64,000 bases of DNA. Source: Octopus sinensis. Taxonomy: Eukaryota. Position numbers and translations under genes: made by a program. The notes under the pieces are model-generated. The model was not told where the DNA came from and did not search any database. It was given only the letters and a program-made list of their open reading frames with translations. Location of the stretch: assembly GCF_006345805.1 (NCBI RefSeq), contig NC_043008.1, positions 1,674,001-1,738,000 on the forward strand, in the 5' to 3' direction. Below are positions 24,901 through 38,043 of the stretch, piece after piece (within the stretch, counting starts at the first letter, position 1; the number at the start of each line of letters is the position of its first letter).

Positions 24901-27695
24901 TCGCCACCATTAATACTAAAGTTGCGAATATCATTATTAGTTATTGCAGTTGTATCCTTGGAATGCATCAACTTAAAAAAAAAAAAGATCTTTCGCAACT
25001 GCACTCAAAAAATATATTCCTCCTACAATTCTTTAAAGAACTCTCAACTAATGGCACATCTTATGGTTAATTGCTCGTCTCGTAAGCAGCTGGTTCTTCG
25101 ATTCCATAATGTTACATCGAAAAATAGACATAATGGAACGGAATAAGTGCTTTACATATACCTCGGCTTTCAAGTAGTTTCTAAATTCACAAACTGAGTT
25201 TAAACTGAATTTTTAACATTTAATTGCAGTCTGACGTGATACAAAATAATAAAAAAAATAGTAAATAATGATATATCTAGTTATCCTTTTAAAGAGCTTC
25301 CCCGTCGTCATAGAAATTGTCGCAAAAAAGGTTGGATATTCTTATAAAGTTTCCAAAAATATAACAAATTAATTTTGTAAAGCAGTGAAATATTTTTTCA
25401 GCGTCTATAATTACTTCTATGTAGAATAAATTCTTATTGATTTTAAGACATATTCACCAAAGAGAAATTTTAAAGTTACTCTGTTAAAGGATAAATATAT
25501 CTTATATCATGTGTTACTCGTTTTCTTTTCCTTATATTACACTAGAATATTTACTTAATTTATATTTTACGATATTGTAGAATTAACACTAGGTAAACTT
25601 TGAAATGATATATTGGTTTTATTGCAGCTAGGTACACGTTTAGTTACCTAAATTAAGTTTACGTTCTTAACCACAGGAGGTAGGAATCCTAATTCCCTTG
25701 CCGATTTGTACTTATTTATGAGTTAAATTTCACATTTAATAAAGCAATAATCTATCTGTGGCAGTTACACTAACCATATACACCTACAATGTTGCTTGAT
25801 CGTATACACTTGTCAGTCGCGTCTTACAGGAAAGAAACGCTAACTGCTGAAAAGAGAAGTAAATTGATACACTGGATATAGTCATAATTCTCTAACACAT
25901 CCAAAGATATATAATGTCTTACGGTCCATTCCTCAATGGAGAATGTGTCTTTACAAATACTGTATATAAGGTAAATGTGTTTCTTGATTGAATTTCAGCA
26001 GCGTATGACGTTCTGTGTCAGAATGTACAGAGACATGCATACAACTATATACACGTGTATAAACACATCTAATTAACCGAGTATCTTAGATTAGAATCAG
26101 AGTCGCAAAATAGTGAAACAGCCAATATATAATGTCATTAATCTCTATGAGGTTACCGAGTATTCTCTTTTTCCTAGTGTTAATATTAAACGGACACACA
26201 CACACACATGCACAAACCTTTTACACACTCACGCATACGCTCACACTCGCACGCATAAACTCCCATACGAGATACATACAAAGTTTTCATGTGGAATATT
26301 AATAATATGTGATGGATTCCATTAAATATAAAGCGTGTACTTCGAATACTCGCAAAGTTTTTCTTTATTTGTATTCTAAAATAACAATATATTTCTTACG
26401 TGAATAAATCGTATAAAAGCTGAAGTAAGATTTATATTTCTTAATAACAAATCTGATCCATATACACGTCTTTGCATCACAGTTAAAATAAATTTGCTCG
26501 GCACCTCTCTTTATTTTCTAAAAGATTCGACATTACGCCAAGGTACTAAGAGCAAATGAATCTTCTCTCACTTTCCCAGGAACAAATGCACATTCAACAA
26601 GACGTGTTTCTTTAATGAATTATTGTATATAGTATTACTTACTTTCTTACAAACGAGTCGAAACATCAGGGTTTCGGAAACTTTTACATTTAAAACAAAG
26701 GACGATAATGCACCATCTTGTTTCATATACTCCATATAAGGAAACGGATTCGAGAAATTTATCGCACGTTAATTATTCGACAAGATGACATAGCAACAAA
26801 TTGTTATTGATCAAGAAAATCATATATTTCCTAACATTTCGTCCGTTTCTTAATGGTAGTTGATTTAATGCTGTGCATTGGGTTATGGAATGTAAACCAT
26901 ACAAGCAAGTAATTGCTAGCTTCATGAAATTTCAATACAATCAGTGATTCTTGATCGTAGCAAATAAGCAAATAAGCATCAAAAATTTAATTATGAAATA
27001 GTTTGTACTCGAAACCTCAACCACTGGAGAAGAGTATTTCTGCTAGCATTCGAATATCAAGTGCTTTATATTCAAAAGCTATGTCATCTAATATATCATT
27101 ATTAGTTTATTAGTATTCTCATCGGTTAGTCGAATAGTTGTGTTTGTAAAATTGGGGTCATTCCAATGCCAGGTAATTTCGCAGAGGTCAGATGGAGTAT
27201 AAAAGCTGCAACGCTGACATGATGATACCTTAGACATTTCAGGAAGCAGTGTTAAACATGAAGCGCAACAGCTTTGTTCAATAAGCGGCATATACCGAAC
27301 TCTGAAGCAATATAGATCTTCACCAATTTCAATATCCTATTATAAAGGATGCAAGTGTGATCAAATGACATAAATCAGAAATATTTCTGTATATATGTGT
27401 GCGTGTGCGTGTGTGTGTGAGAGTGGGTGCGCGCGCATTTCTGTCTATGTACAATGGTTTTATCATTTACTAATTTTCTTCGTTTTGACAGCAGCTATCC
27501 TCGACAATAACATTAAAGAACTTAGTCGAGCAAATCGACACCAGTCATAAAAAAAAACAATATCTGCTACTTGTTCTATCGATCAGACTTGTCAGACTTA
27601 TCAGTAATGGTGACATGAAAATTTTAACATTAGCTGTAAAGTGGGGGTGGAAACAAAAAATAAAGACATAAAAAACATATCTACATATAACTCTG

Positions 27696-27864
<169 letters not shown>

Positions 27865-27876
27865 GTGAATATATAC

Positions 27877-27884
27877 GTATATAT

Positions 27885-27965
<81 letters not shown>

Positions 27966-27991
27966 TTATATGTATATATACATGTAGATTC

Positions 27992-28064
<73 letters not shown>
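27877..28064. repeat. (TA)n array
   Basis: Direct reading. Confidence 0.9.
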
Positions 28065-28071
<7 letters not shown>

Positions 28072-28125
28072 GTGAATTGAAGAAATGGAGCTGAACGCAG
28101 ATTGAACAGAAATCGTTTTATTTCA

Positions 28126-28205
28126 TTCTACACGTGTTTCGAAAGGCACAAATTACCAAAATCCGATTGAATAATGGGACCATATTGTGTCTTTCTCTTC
28201 AGGAA
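28126..28205 (-). ncRNA. Type I hammerhead ribozyme (mirror copy in the palindrome)
   Basis: Exact reverse complement of 28586-28665. Confidence 0.75.
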
Positions 28206-28585
28206 GAAAAAAGGAAATCCGTTGGAAAAACAAAAACAGAACAGAGGCGGAGCAAAAAACAAATCGAACTGTGCTCCTAAGAGCCCATGGCGAAACTGTT
28301 TATCAGTGTATGTTGAGAACCGGTGGCTGAAGAATTCAACGGGTCAGGCATCGGTCAATCATGTGGGTGAGGGTGTATAGATGTTCTTTGTGACCGGTCA
28401 CAAAGAACATCTATACACCCTCACCCACATGATTGACCGATGCCTGACCCGTTGAATTCTTCAGCCACCGGTTCTCAACATACACTGATAAACAGTTTCG
28501 CCATGGGCTCTTAGGAGCACAGTTCGATTTGTTTTTTGCTCCGCCTCTGTTCTGTTTTTGTTTTTCCAACGGATTTCCTTTTTTC

Positions 28586-28665
28586 TTCCTGAAGAGAAAG
28601 ACACAATATGGTCCCATTATTCAATCGGATTTTGGTAATTTGTGCCTTTCGAAACACGTGTAGAA
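28586..28665 (+). ncRNA. Type I hammerhead ribozyme
   Basis: TTC CTGAAGA(28589-28595), stem II GAAAGACACAA/TTGTGCCTTTC, GAAA(28651), ACACGTGT, GUA (cleavage after 28662), GAA. Confidence 0.8.
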
Positions 28666-28885
28666 TGAAATAAAACGATTTCTGTTCAATCTGCGTTCAG
28701 CTCCATTTCTTCAATTCACCAATAATGTTTTAATTTCAATTATCCGCACCAACGCACGGTTGCAACGCCAGATGGTTGTACCTCCAACTGTGCTGTTTAC
28801 TGCTGTGATTTTTGCTACTAAGGTATCGGTTAAACTTTTGATTAATCTACTACAAGATTATTCATCTTTCTATTTCACATTATAT

Positions 28886-28941
<56 letters not shown>

Positions 28942-29929
28942 AATATGTATATTCAACAGGCTTCCACACAGTTTCCCTATGCGCAATTCACCTAGAATGA
29001 ATTGTTCTGCTGCAGCCGATAGCAGAAATCAACCACGCAAGTCGCTAAATAGTTGTAGTGAAGTAGAAATCACCTGTTTGTCAAACTTATTGACGCCAAA
29101 TGTTTTGGTGATTATCGTTTACCTGTTGCATTATACGTATAAATGCACGCATGTATCTAGGTTCTGAAAGTTGTGCAGAAGAGTATGTTTCGGACATTGA
29201 TAATGCCCCATTGTCAGAAAAAAAAGCAACATGAAATTATCAGCATGAACATCTAAGTTTGCTTCCTTAACCAGTAGATACAATCTGCTGTCGGAAACGG
29301 TAAGTTTCCGCGGGCAATCTTAATATTTTGTTTAGTTCAAAGGTAAATCTGCAACGATCTTCTTACTGCGATTATAAAACTTAATATTCCTATATCCTCT
29401 AATTAGGAATTCTAAGTTAAGAGTAATGATATGTCATCCCCAACTAGAGAGGACACAAGGCTTTTGAGACCACCTCCTAAACGTCCCTTTTAAATAATTA
29501 CAAATTGATGGATATTGGTAAAATATGGAGGTAGAGAATACTAGAGTATCAGCAGCAGTTGCGTGGAATGAAATCCCTTGATTAGCGCAGATTTCAGGTC
29601 ATGTGAAGACTCAATCAATAGATGATTTACGGAAATGCCTGGTCTGAAATAAAGTTCCAGAATGAGAATCTTTTATTGTCTTCTGAATATATCGCAATGA
29701 GCCTCTATTTTCATCGATTTGTTGAATGTCAATGATTTTAATATTAATAAAGAACATATCATAGACGAGTAGAATGAGCAAGGAGTCCTGCGATATTCGT
29801 TTCAATTCTCTTTGCATAGGCTATAGATTACACTAGTAGCAGCAGTATTGACTCTGATACTGGAGCTATAATATTCTAGCTGCATAACTTTTAATATTAT
29901 TTGAGTTGCAGTCGAAATGGAAAGTTAAA

Positions 29930-30191
29930 GAATTGTCTGTTAAGGTTCTCACCATATCTTCATGGATTTCTGATGGAGTCATGCCTTTCAAATAAAGGTT
30001 CTTAATGACAGCACGATACTCAGTTTTCTCCATTTTTCTTGTAACATCGACACTTGTTTATTCAAAAATCTGCAAAAAAAAATTTAAATATCATAATCAA
30101 GAAAATGAACAAGAATACTCCGAAAAGACTTTTACTTACCAGAAGAATCTGTTTCCAGGATAGGCTCAAAACTTTTCATACTACCCTCGTA
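29930..30191 (-). mobile_element. mariner 5' fragment with TIR
   Basis: TIR tacgagggtagtatgaaaag at 30191; ATG at 30033 gives MEKTEYRAVIKNLYLKGMTPSEIHEDMVRTL. Confidence 0.8.
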
Positions 30192-30202
30192 TATATTTAT
30201 AT

Positions 30203-30380
30203 ATATATATAGTTGAAATTTACAGAAAAAGCAAAAGACCCACACACGGGTATGAAGTAGAAAGGGGTGTATTAGTGTGACACGCAGGAAAGTGAGGGCG
30301 TATTTTACGTTTCAAGCCTACGCTCTTCAACAGAAAGCTTTAAGAGAAAATAAACACAGAGAAAATGCAAAACATAAAGT
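30203..30380 (-). mobile_element. Short Penelope-like pLTR fragment with a variant minimal HHR
   Basis: Lies between (TA)n and (TATG)n; contains the HHR-like fold at 30303-30336. Confidence 0.5.
30303..30336 (-). ncRNA. Minimal type I HHR, A6U core variant
   Basis: Minus strand: TTT CTGTTGA A GAGC gtag GCTT GAAA CG T A AAA; same layout as 50657-50689. Confidence 0.55.
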
Positions 30381-31338
30381 GTATGTATGTATGTATGTAT
30401 GTATGTATGTATGTATGTATGTATGTATGTATGTATGTTTGCATCACCAAACAGTCTTATTTTTAATATCCATATTTGATTATAACTAATAATTTTTGCC
30501 TCCAGAGATTTAGTAGATAGGATAAAATTTAATTAAAAGTGAGCACCCGTCCACGTGTTTGATTGCATGTGCCACTGGTGATATTACTGCTGATTGTTTA
30601 ATCAAATAATTTCAGAAATATCTGAAATTGCATTACTTATTCAAACATATAGTCATGATTTATGAGAATACTAAGTATGCATCTTTAAATGAATTGTAAC
30701 TGAATTATGTTCTAAATTTTGATAGAATTAAATTTTTCTTTGCCAATGTTCTTCTGCAACAGAATTTGATAAACATATATAAAAATATTCCCAAAAAACA
30801 TATCTCGACAAATTATTTTATGTTATAGAAAAGAGATTTATGTACGACTACATAGGGCGTAAGTGCTTTGCCTACAGGAACAGACATCTTTTAAATACAG
30901 TAACATTTATACTTACAGAACACGATATAAGTTATAAACTTTGTTCAAAGAAAAGCCGAATTACTATATATTTTTTAATAATATGGAACCGACGATTACA
31001 TCCGAATTCATAGAATTCTGTCTTTGCCGAAATACGATCAGTTGAACATACATATCCCATCGATAAACTTGAAAAGTAATATTCCCTTTCAGGGATATGG
31101 ACAAGGTGTAAGACAATTATCTTTAATTAGAAGCAATAATTTCAATATATGCATTCAAGTACTAAGGTGGTATGGAATGAATATTTGATTATATTGTTCG
31201 TGTGTTTTATAAAAGAATTAACCACACAAATTTATGAATATGGATGTGGACCGGTTTCGTTTTCCTTTAGCATATTATACTGGTTGGCTGATATTTATTC
31301 TCCAGTTCTATATTCAAGAGATGAGGAATTATGTACAT

Positions 31339-31450
31339 TATTTACATTTGACGGACATTTGTCCTCATCTTGGTTGTTGGAGGGTAAATCAGCCGAAACG
31401 TTGTGTTAACAACAAATAAGATGAGGGCAAATATCCGCCAAATGTAAATA
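31339..31450 (+). mobile_element. 5'-inverted Penelope-like fragment with truncated HHR
   Basis: 31339-31371 pairs with 31418-31450 (33 bp, 3 mismatches); the spacer retains CAGCC-GAAACGTT. Confidence 0.55.
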
Positions 31451-31724
31451 GTATAAATAATGTATTATTTGTATTATTATCTATCTATGGGTCTATAATT
31501 TTGTCGACATAGTCGTATTCACTAATCATACATGACTTAATCTTGGTTTCGCTATATAGAATTGAGTTATTGGACCTTGGAATATTTCTGATCGTGTTTG
31601 TGTAGAAATGCACGTGCGAATACAGAGACACACACTACCCACCCAAACACACACACCCGCACGCGCATACGCAGGCACTGACAGATACAAATTACACATC
31701 CTTTTCTCTTATTCTTTTGTTTCA

Positions 31725-31800
31725 TTCATTTCACGGCGGCCATGCTGGAGCACAACCTTTAGTCGAACGAATTCACCCCAGGATTTATTCGTTGTAAGCC
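31725..31800 (-). mobile_element. SINE family B 3' fragment
   Basis: gcggccatgctggagcacaacctttagtcga. Confidence 0.6.
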
Positions 31801-31859
31801 GAAGCTTGGTGCCAGCGATTTTAGCATTTCCTATATCTATGTCACTGCAATTCAAGTGA

Positions 31860-32400
31860 ATACAGCTGTAATTCTTCATGTCTCCCATTAGCTCAATGCA
31901 AAGGTATCTTTAATGCTCTCGTTTCTGTGCACATCACCGAAATGCCTGGAGTTACACTATTAATTTGTCACTGGGGCTACCATATTTGAACATCATAGGA
32001 ACCTACCAATCATAGATAGCACGGGTCCTAAGACAGGAACTACAATCACTATTAATTTCTACTCACAGAAAATTTCTTTTGGTAGCTACTGCCTAGCTAC
32101 TCTCTGTTTAGAAGTCATACAAACGCTTTTCCTTGTTGTCAATTATGCCAACTCTACGTAGCTTATGACATATCCATCCTATGAATAATGTCCATTGTAG
32201 AATCGAGATATATTACATTCATTAAGTAATGATGCTGTAGAAGCTGTCTAAGGCAGATTTATCCCGTGTAAAATCCTTACAGGTTTTCAGGGAAGGAGTC
32301 TCGATATCCTAGAACATGATCAGCTTCCTCTTGAAAATGTATTCCATGACTTCGGCCTTCAACCGAGGTTAGGGTTAGATTTGGAACATGAAGGAGATTT
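31860..32400 (-). mobile_element. Decayed LINE (RTE-like) fragment
   Basis: Minus-strand remnant YGSPSDKLIV*LQAFR resembles the RTE C-terminal YGSETW..LQAF motif; many stops. Confidence 0.35.
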
Positions 32401-35400
32401 GGAAGAGGGTCTAAAATATTTAATTTTTAAAAAGCTAGCAAATTTCATCAATGGCCTATTTTATATCAACTTTATATAGTTTGCTATCCTTTCGTACAGA
32501 GCTGTTATATCCAAGATCTCATCTGGCACAATTAGTTGCAAGTGTCCGAAAGTAGATGTGTAAGTATGTCTTTACTGCACACTCAGTTTTAAAATTTATA
32601 ATTTGTGAGGCCCGCACTCAGTGGAGCATTTTCTTCGAACATACACCGTAATCTGTAGGTCTTTGAATCCCAAGCTTTTGCAGTAACTGGTCCTTACACG
32701 AGACGAGATGGTTTGAACTCTGGAACAGTGCAGTTTCTTACTTGCATGTACGTGAATATGATCTTTTAGACCAGTAAATACCAACCGGTGAATTCAGCAC
32801 ATGATGTTCCGCATCCATCGCCATAGGATATGTTTTTATCAAAACGGAACGGATTAAGAGATTAAAAATGATAGTTAAAGCCTGTATACCATTGAATTTA
32901 AGTGACAAAATAATATACAGTACTTTGTTGTGTCTCGGTTGTTACAGTAGGTAAAAGCCTCGCAAGGCCGTTGGTGCTATTTTTATTGCCAGGTATATGT
33001 CAAAGTGTTAATTTCCTCAAAGTCTTGTCCAAAAATCTGTGACACCTCTGCCCAGGGAAATCTATTTAACTCATAGAACAGGAGATATAGGACAAATAGT
33101 AAGTGAAGGGGTCACCGCCCAAGCTCCCCAAAGCTGCAGAAAATCGCAAACTCTAGCTTCGCCACCGGATGCACATTATTATCATATCCAGGACATACAT
33201 ACATACATACTTAAAACATCTCTTTAAAGTGTTGGTTTCAACTTGTGTTGTGAATTGTTTATTCGCTAGCATAAAGCTTTTGAATCAGAGAAGTAAAATA
33301 ATTAGGTACTTTGAAGAATATTTATATTCAGTAAAATAAATAGAAAAAAATATGTTCTCATACTTTGTGATACTAATCTTTGGAAAATTATAAAAATACT
33401 TCTCAGACCTTTCAGGATGGTTTTAATTGAACTCTAAATATCTTTCTTTGTATTCACATAATGCATTATATTACAGAAAACAATATAATATATTGTATTC
33501 TTTTTATTTTCTATTATCCTGCTGAACAAGTATCATATGTACCAAAATATCATTTGACTTTTGAATAAAAGTTATCGATATTCTTGAACTTCAGATCTAC
33601 AAGAGCAGAGAAATGTGTGTAAATTCAGAAATACGCAGAGAAATGTGAATACAATGTGGTACTTTATTTGTATGGTTCTTTAGTTTGTAAGATCATTTTT
33701 GCTGATTTATGAAAAGAGCAAGCCCTTTTCTCTGATAAATAAGCTGTACGTTTCTTAACAACTTTTGATATTAAATACGTTTTATAAGCAATCATTAAAA
33801 GTATCCAGCTCCTGAACCTTTAACATATATATCACATCAGTGAAATGACAAATGCAATAGTTAACAGCGCGATTTTATGGGAAGTAAGGTATTACCAAAC
33901 AAACAAATTATGTCGATTACACGTTGTAATGCCATTGTGAAAACAGAAAATAAACAATAGAAAATCAATGTTTGATAAGCCTGCGCAATTTCGTGTTGTC
34001 AACCTTGAGCACTTCTGCTTTGCTTTCTTTACAAATTAAGAAGAAACAAAATATTTTAATCCACAGTTCTGAGTAAATCTCAAAGTGAAAATCCCCTACA
34101 CGCAATATTGAACGTTCTCTAGCTTTTGCTTTGAAAGGAATGTATAATATATTTGTCGTATATTCATGACGTTGGGAGACTTTTCGGTTGCTGTCAAAAT
34201 GTTTCACAGACACATCGAATGCCACATGGGCATGTTTTACTAAACAGGGTTGTGTAAATAAATCCATCGCTCATATTTCCCGAGGAAGTGACGAATATAA
34301 GCCTAATAGGCATTTGAAAGATTTACCCGCTTTAAATGTTACATAAAACCTTGTTACATCAAACGTTACTTGTTCAGAATTATTATATGAAACCTTGTTT
34401 GGTATCAAATGTAATTTCTTATTCCGGTTTACTTGGCGGGTGTACACGATATTTTGCTTTCCTACAACAGTGAAGACGACCGAAAATGTGTATGAGAACT
34501 TGCGTGTGCGTTCATAAGCGTGTGCGTGTGTCCGTGTCAATGTATCAGTGTATATGTCTGTGTGTGCGTGCGAATGCATGAGCGTATATTTAAATGATCG
34601 CATATGTCTGAATACATACGGTTTTGAATACATACGGTTTTGCGTGTAATTGTGTGTATCGATCAATATATACATCCATGTGTATCTCATAGTGTGTGGG
34701 ATAATGGATAGTGATGAATCGGATCTTGGCGTATCTTCTAGTAATCATTTCGCTGAAATTAAAACCCATAACCCGATTTTGACTTCATTATTACATAATA
34801 GAAATCGATAAATTATGTACCATACAAAGTGCTGGGTTTAATAAAATCGATTAAACTATCTCGACAGTGGTGCCAGAAATTTGCCGCATTTCAGATACTG
34901 AATGCAGCTGAAGAGTAAATGAATAAAAGACCAACGTGTAAAACATGTATTACTAGGGATTTGCACAGACAAATTTATCCATTCTACCGACAAATTTATC
35001 TCCCATATCATATTCCGATTTCTCTTTCACATACGACTTTGACATTTTATTAAATTTAAATAGGTTAATAGAATCAACTTGCATTGATTAGTGCTTCGCA
35101 ATGTTAATATAATGTAGATATGTAAATCCCACGAGAGCACTTGCAGAATGATTTAAGGAATATTAATTACCAAAGGGAACGGGATAGTTCCACGTTTTGT
35201 ACATCACATTTTGTTGTTATTGCAATCTGTCGGTCACAATATTGTTTTATTTTCATTTACTTAATTTTTTTATTATAATGAGGACAACGGAGTGGGAGAC
35301 TAATAAAATGGTTACCCCGTCGGGCAGAATTTCTTGCAGTATGCGTATCATCTCTGTGTTCAAATCCCACTGATGTCCACATCTCGTTCCCACGATTAAA

Positions 35401-35644
35401 CGGCTGAAGTGACAAGCACTTTAATAAATGAGTTGACTTTCTACCTTTATTTCAAACTTTAAAATGTTCAAATCTAAGGAAATTCCTTTTTGAGGTATTT
35501 CGTTGTTTGTTTGGACTGTTTACCTTTCATTATAAATTTCAATAAAATAAAACCTAAAACATTTCGAACGACACAACAATGCATTATACTACAAACAATG
35601 GACTATAACAACTGTTGTAATTTAATCATCCATAGTCTGATATT

Positions 35645-35945
35645 TGGAGGTGCAATGGCTCAGTGGTTAGAGCAGCGGACTCGCGGTTTCGATTCCCAGA
35701 CCGGGCGTTGTGTGTCTTTATTGAGCGAGCATACCTAAAGCTCCACGGGGCTCCGGCAGGGGATGGTGGCGAGCCCTGTTGTACTCTTTCGTCCCAACTT
35801 TCCCTCACACTATCCTCCTGCTTCTTGGGTAACGCTGCGATGGACTGGCGTCCCGTTCATCTGGTGGGGACAGATACGCCATAGAAACCGGGGAACCGGG
35901 TTCATGAGCCTGGCTAGGCTTGAAAAGGGCGCATAAATAAATAAA
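35645..35945 (+). mobile_element. tRNA-derived SINE with V-domain-like core (family C)
   Basis: A box tggctcagtggttagagc, B box ggtttcgattccc, core ctgcgatggactggcgtcccgt, (TAAA)n tail. Confidence 0.8.
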
Positions 35946-36496
35946 ATAGTCTGATATGATATTTCTGAATAAAGATTCCTTCTTCCGATATCCCTAGGAA
36001 TCGATGGAATAGCTGCTAACTTCGGTTTTCCAACGGCTTTTCTGTTGTTTTAATTACCTATTTACGGAATACACTTCTCTGAAAGTATTTTATGCACATC
36101 CATTTTGTGCTTCATGACGGTCAACATCCACATAAGAAGCACACGCTGTTGATCTATTTTACTTCATGTAGTATTATTAGTCAACTTGTTAACTATTTAC
36201 TAGCGAAGTAATTAACCAATTAACCGATTAAATATCTGATTGCTTGATTAATTGTTCTCTCATTAATTCAGAGAGCTAGACAGACACAGTCCTTCCGCCG
36301 ATATTCAGGAACCCATTAATTACAGGCTTTCACTACTCCAGGTCTCTTGGCTGCTTCATAAGCGTAGGTTGATTATTACATGGTCAAATAGTTACCACTA
36401 AGATATTGTTTTTTTTTTTATTTTGCAATCCATACGCTCTATGTGTATTACGTTAAGAATACTAACAATTTCTTAAATATTTCTATGTCTTATGAC

Positions 36497-37372
36497 GTCG
36501 CAAGGGTACTCAAAAGTTACCGGAAAAGTTCTTTGTGAGACAAGCCCGTTATAGTTCATGCTTCCACCGTTAGAAGCCATTTCATGAAATCCTCAGGCAT
36601 CAGTCTGCCGACCGGCGTCGTCCGTTTGTGCCGCACTGCCACGTGGTACCTCTTGGTTTGCAGTGCTACTCCCTTGTTCATCATTTTTTTGCGCTGGCTG
36701 AAAGGAAGGAACATCGTGCTTCTGTGAAATTCTGCTTTCTGCTGGGGAAAACGGCGGCCGAAACACATGTCATGCTTTAACCAGCAGCTTACATACTCGC
36801 TGCTGTGAGCAAAAGACAATTTTACAAGTGGTTTCCCCGCTTTAGGAATGGGTACATGCCGTTTGAAACTAACCTCATTCAGGAGGGGTTGACGACCTCC
36901 GATACTATTGAAAACATCACGAAAATTCATGAATTAGACATGTAGGACCGTCAACCGAATAACTGACGAACTTGTTGATAAGACTAATGTGTCCTGGAGC
37001 TCCTGCCAACGTATTTTGAGCGAGGAATTGCGAATGACTTGCTGCACAATTAGTGCTTCGCTTGCTCACGGAATCTCAAAAGCAGTCACGGCTTAATGCA
37101 TGTTGAGAACTGAAAGAACAGTTGGAAATTCGTCCGGCCCTTTATATTGAATATGCAGACGTAGAAAGGATGAAGAGCAAAACAATGTAGGCGTTAAAAG
37201 GTATCTCTTCGCAAGAGTCCAAGCCCTGTTTCGAACAGAGGAATACGTGACCGGACTGACGCATTGCTTCAAATGGAGAATAATTTGAAAGTGTTGAAAG
37301 TGTAAACATGTAAATCTAAGTGAATGAAATAATACTGCAAAACACCGGTTTCTTTTGCGTCCCCCCATCCTA
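36497..37372 (+). mobile_element. Internally deleted mariner with both TIRs
   Basis: Left gggtactcaaaagttaccgg and right ccggtttcttttgcgtcccc; encodes EHRASVKFCFLLGKTAAETHVML...FYKWFPRFRNG...SWSSCQRILSEELRM; the catalytic core is missing. Confidence 0.8.
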
Positions 37373-37899
37373 TAACGGTTAATTGGATGTTACCAACCGA
37401 CTCTTGCGATAAAACGTCAATAGGATTCTGTTCCATCTTTAATACAATTCTGGTTATTATTCCAAAATATAATATCTTAAATGGATTTCCAAGTCTCATT
37501 TTATCAGGAAAAACATTTTCAAGTATCACGAGGCGTAATAGTTGCCTTACAGATATATTACTATAATTTCATTTTATATGAAAATCCATGCTTAGGTCAC
37601 TATTAAATATTGTAAACAATCAAATTGGATTTCAACATGGTCTCTTAAGAATTCGTTACACGAACGCTAAAAATACTAATAACGCATTTATATGAACAAC
37701 AGCAATGGAATTTAAAATTTAATAACATATATGATATTGAATTAAAATACAAGCTGCTTTGTATATTTCAATAATATTGGAAACGTTCTGGTTCACAGCA
37801 TCCCTAAGGTATTTATTCTAGTATATTATCATTTCATGAAATATATATATATATATATATCAGACTAATTCTCTGTTTATAACAATATATTAATTTGTT

Positions 37900-37983
37900 T
37901 ATATAAACATAACATTTCAGCCACTTTTACTGCAGGTCCAAGAAGTGCATTGATGCCATATCGAGGTATGTCTATTTACTTCT

Positions 37984-37989
<6 letters not shown>
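37900..37989 (+). mobile_element. Tc1 3' terminus (right TIR)
   Basis: ggtatgtctatttacttcttgca is the reverse complement of the TIR at 38040-38060; preceded by a KKCIDA-like remnant. Confidence 0.5.

Positions 37990-38039
<50 letters not shown>

Positions 38040-38043
<4 letters not shown>

Larger units (their letters stand above)
28065..28881 (+). mobile_element. Penelope-like HHR element, family B, copy 2 (331-bp perfect inverted arm)
   Basis: 28065-28395 / 28396-28726 form a perfect spacerless palindrome centred on tgacc|ggtca; the 3' extension 28727-28881 is homologous to 11837-11990; flanked by (TA)n. Confidence 0.8.

Noticed and set aside
28274-28312. HHR-like string CCTAAGA-GCC-cat-GGC-GAAACTG..CAGT
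   Set aside because: Core is not CUGANGA, position 17 would be G and there is no stem I; the real HHR of this element is on the other strand.
28065-28726. Perfect palindrome read as a CRISPR array or prokaryotic feature
   Set aside because: Eukaryotic repeat context; no repeat-spacer periodicity anywhere in the window.
29180-29225. Minus-strand CTGACAATG-GGGCATT/AATGTCC-GAAAC
   Set aside because: Stem II-like hairpin is present but core spacing is wrong and there is no stem III/NUH; at best a heavily decayed relic.
32366-32375. Telomere-like ttagggttag
   Set aside because: Fewer than two units; expected by chance.
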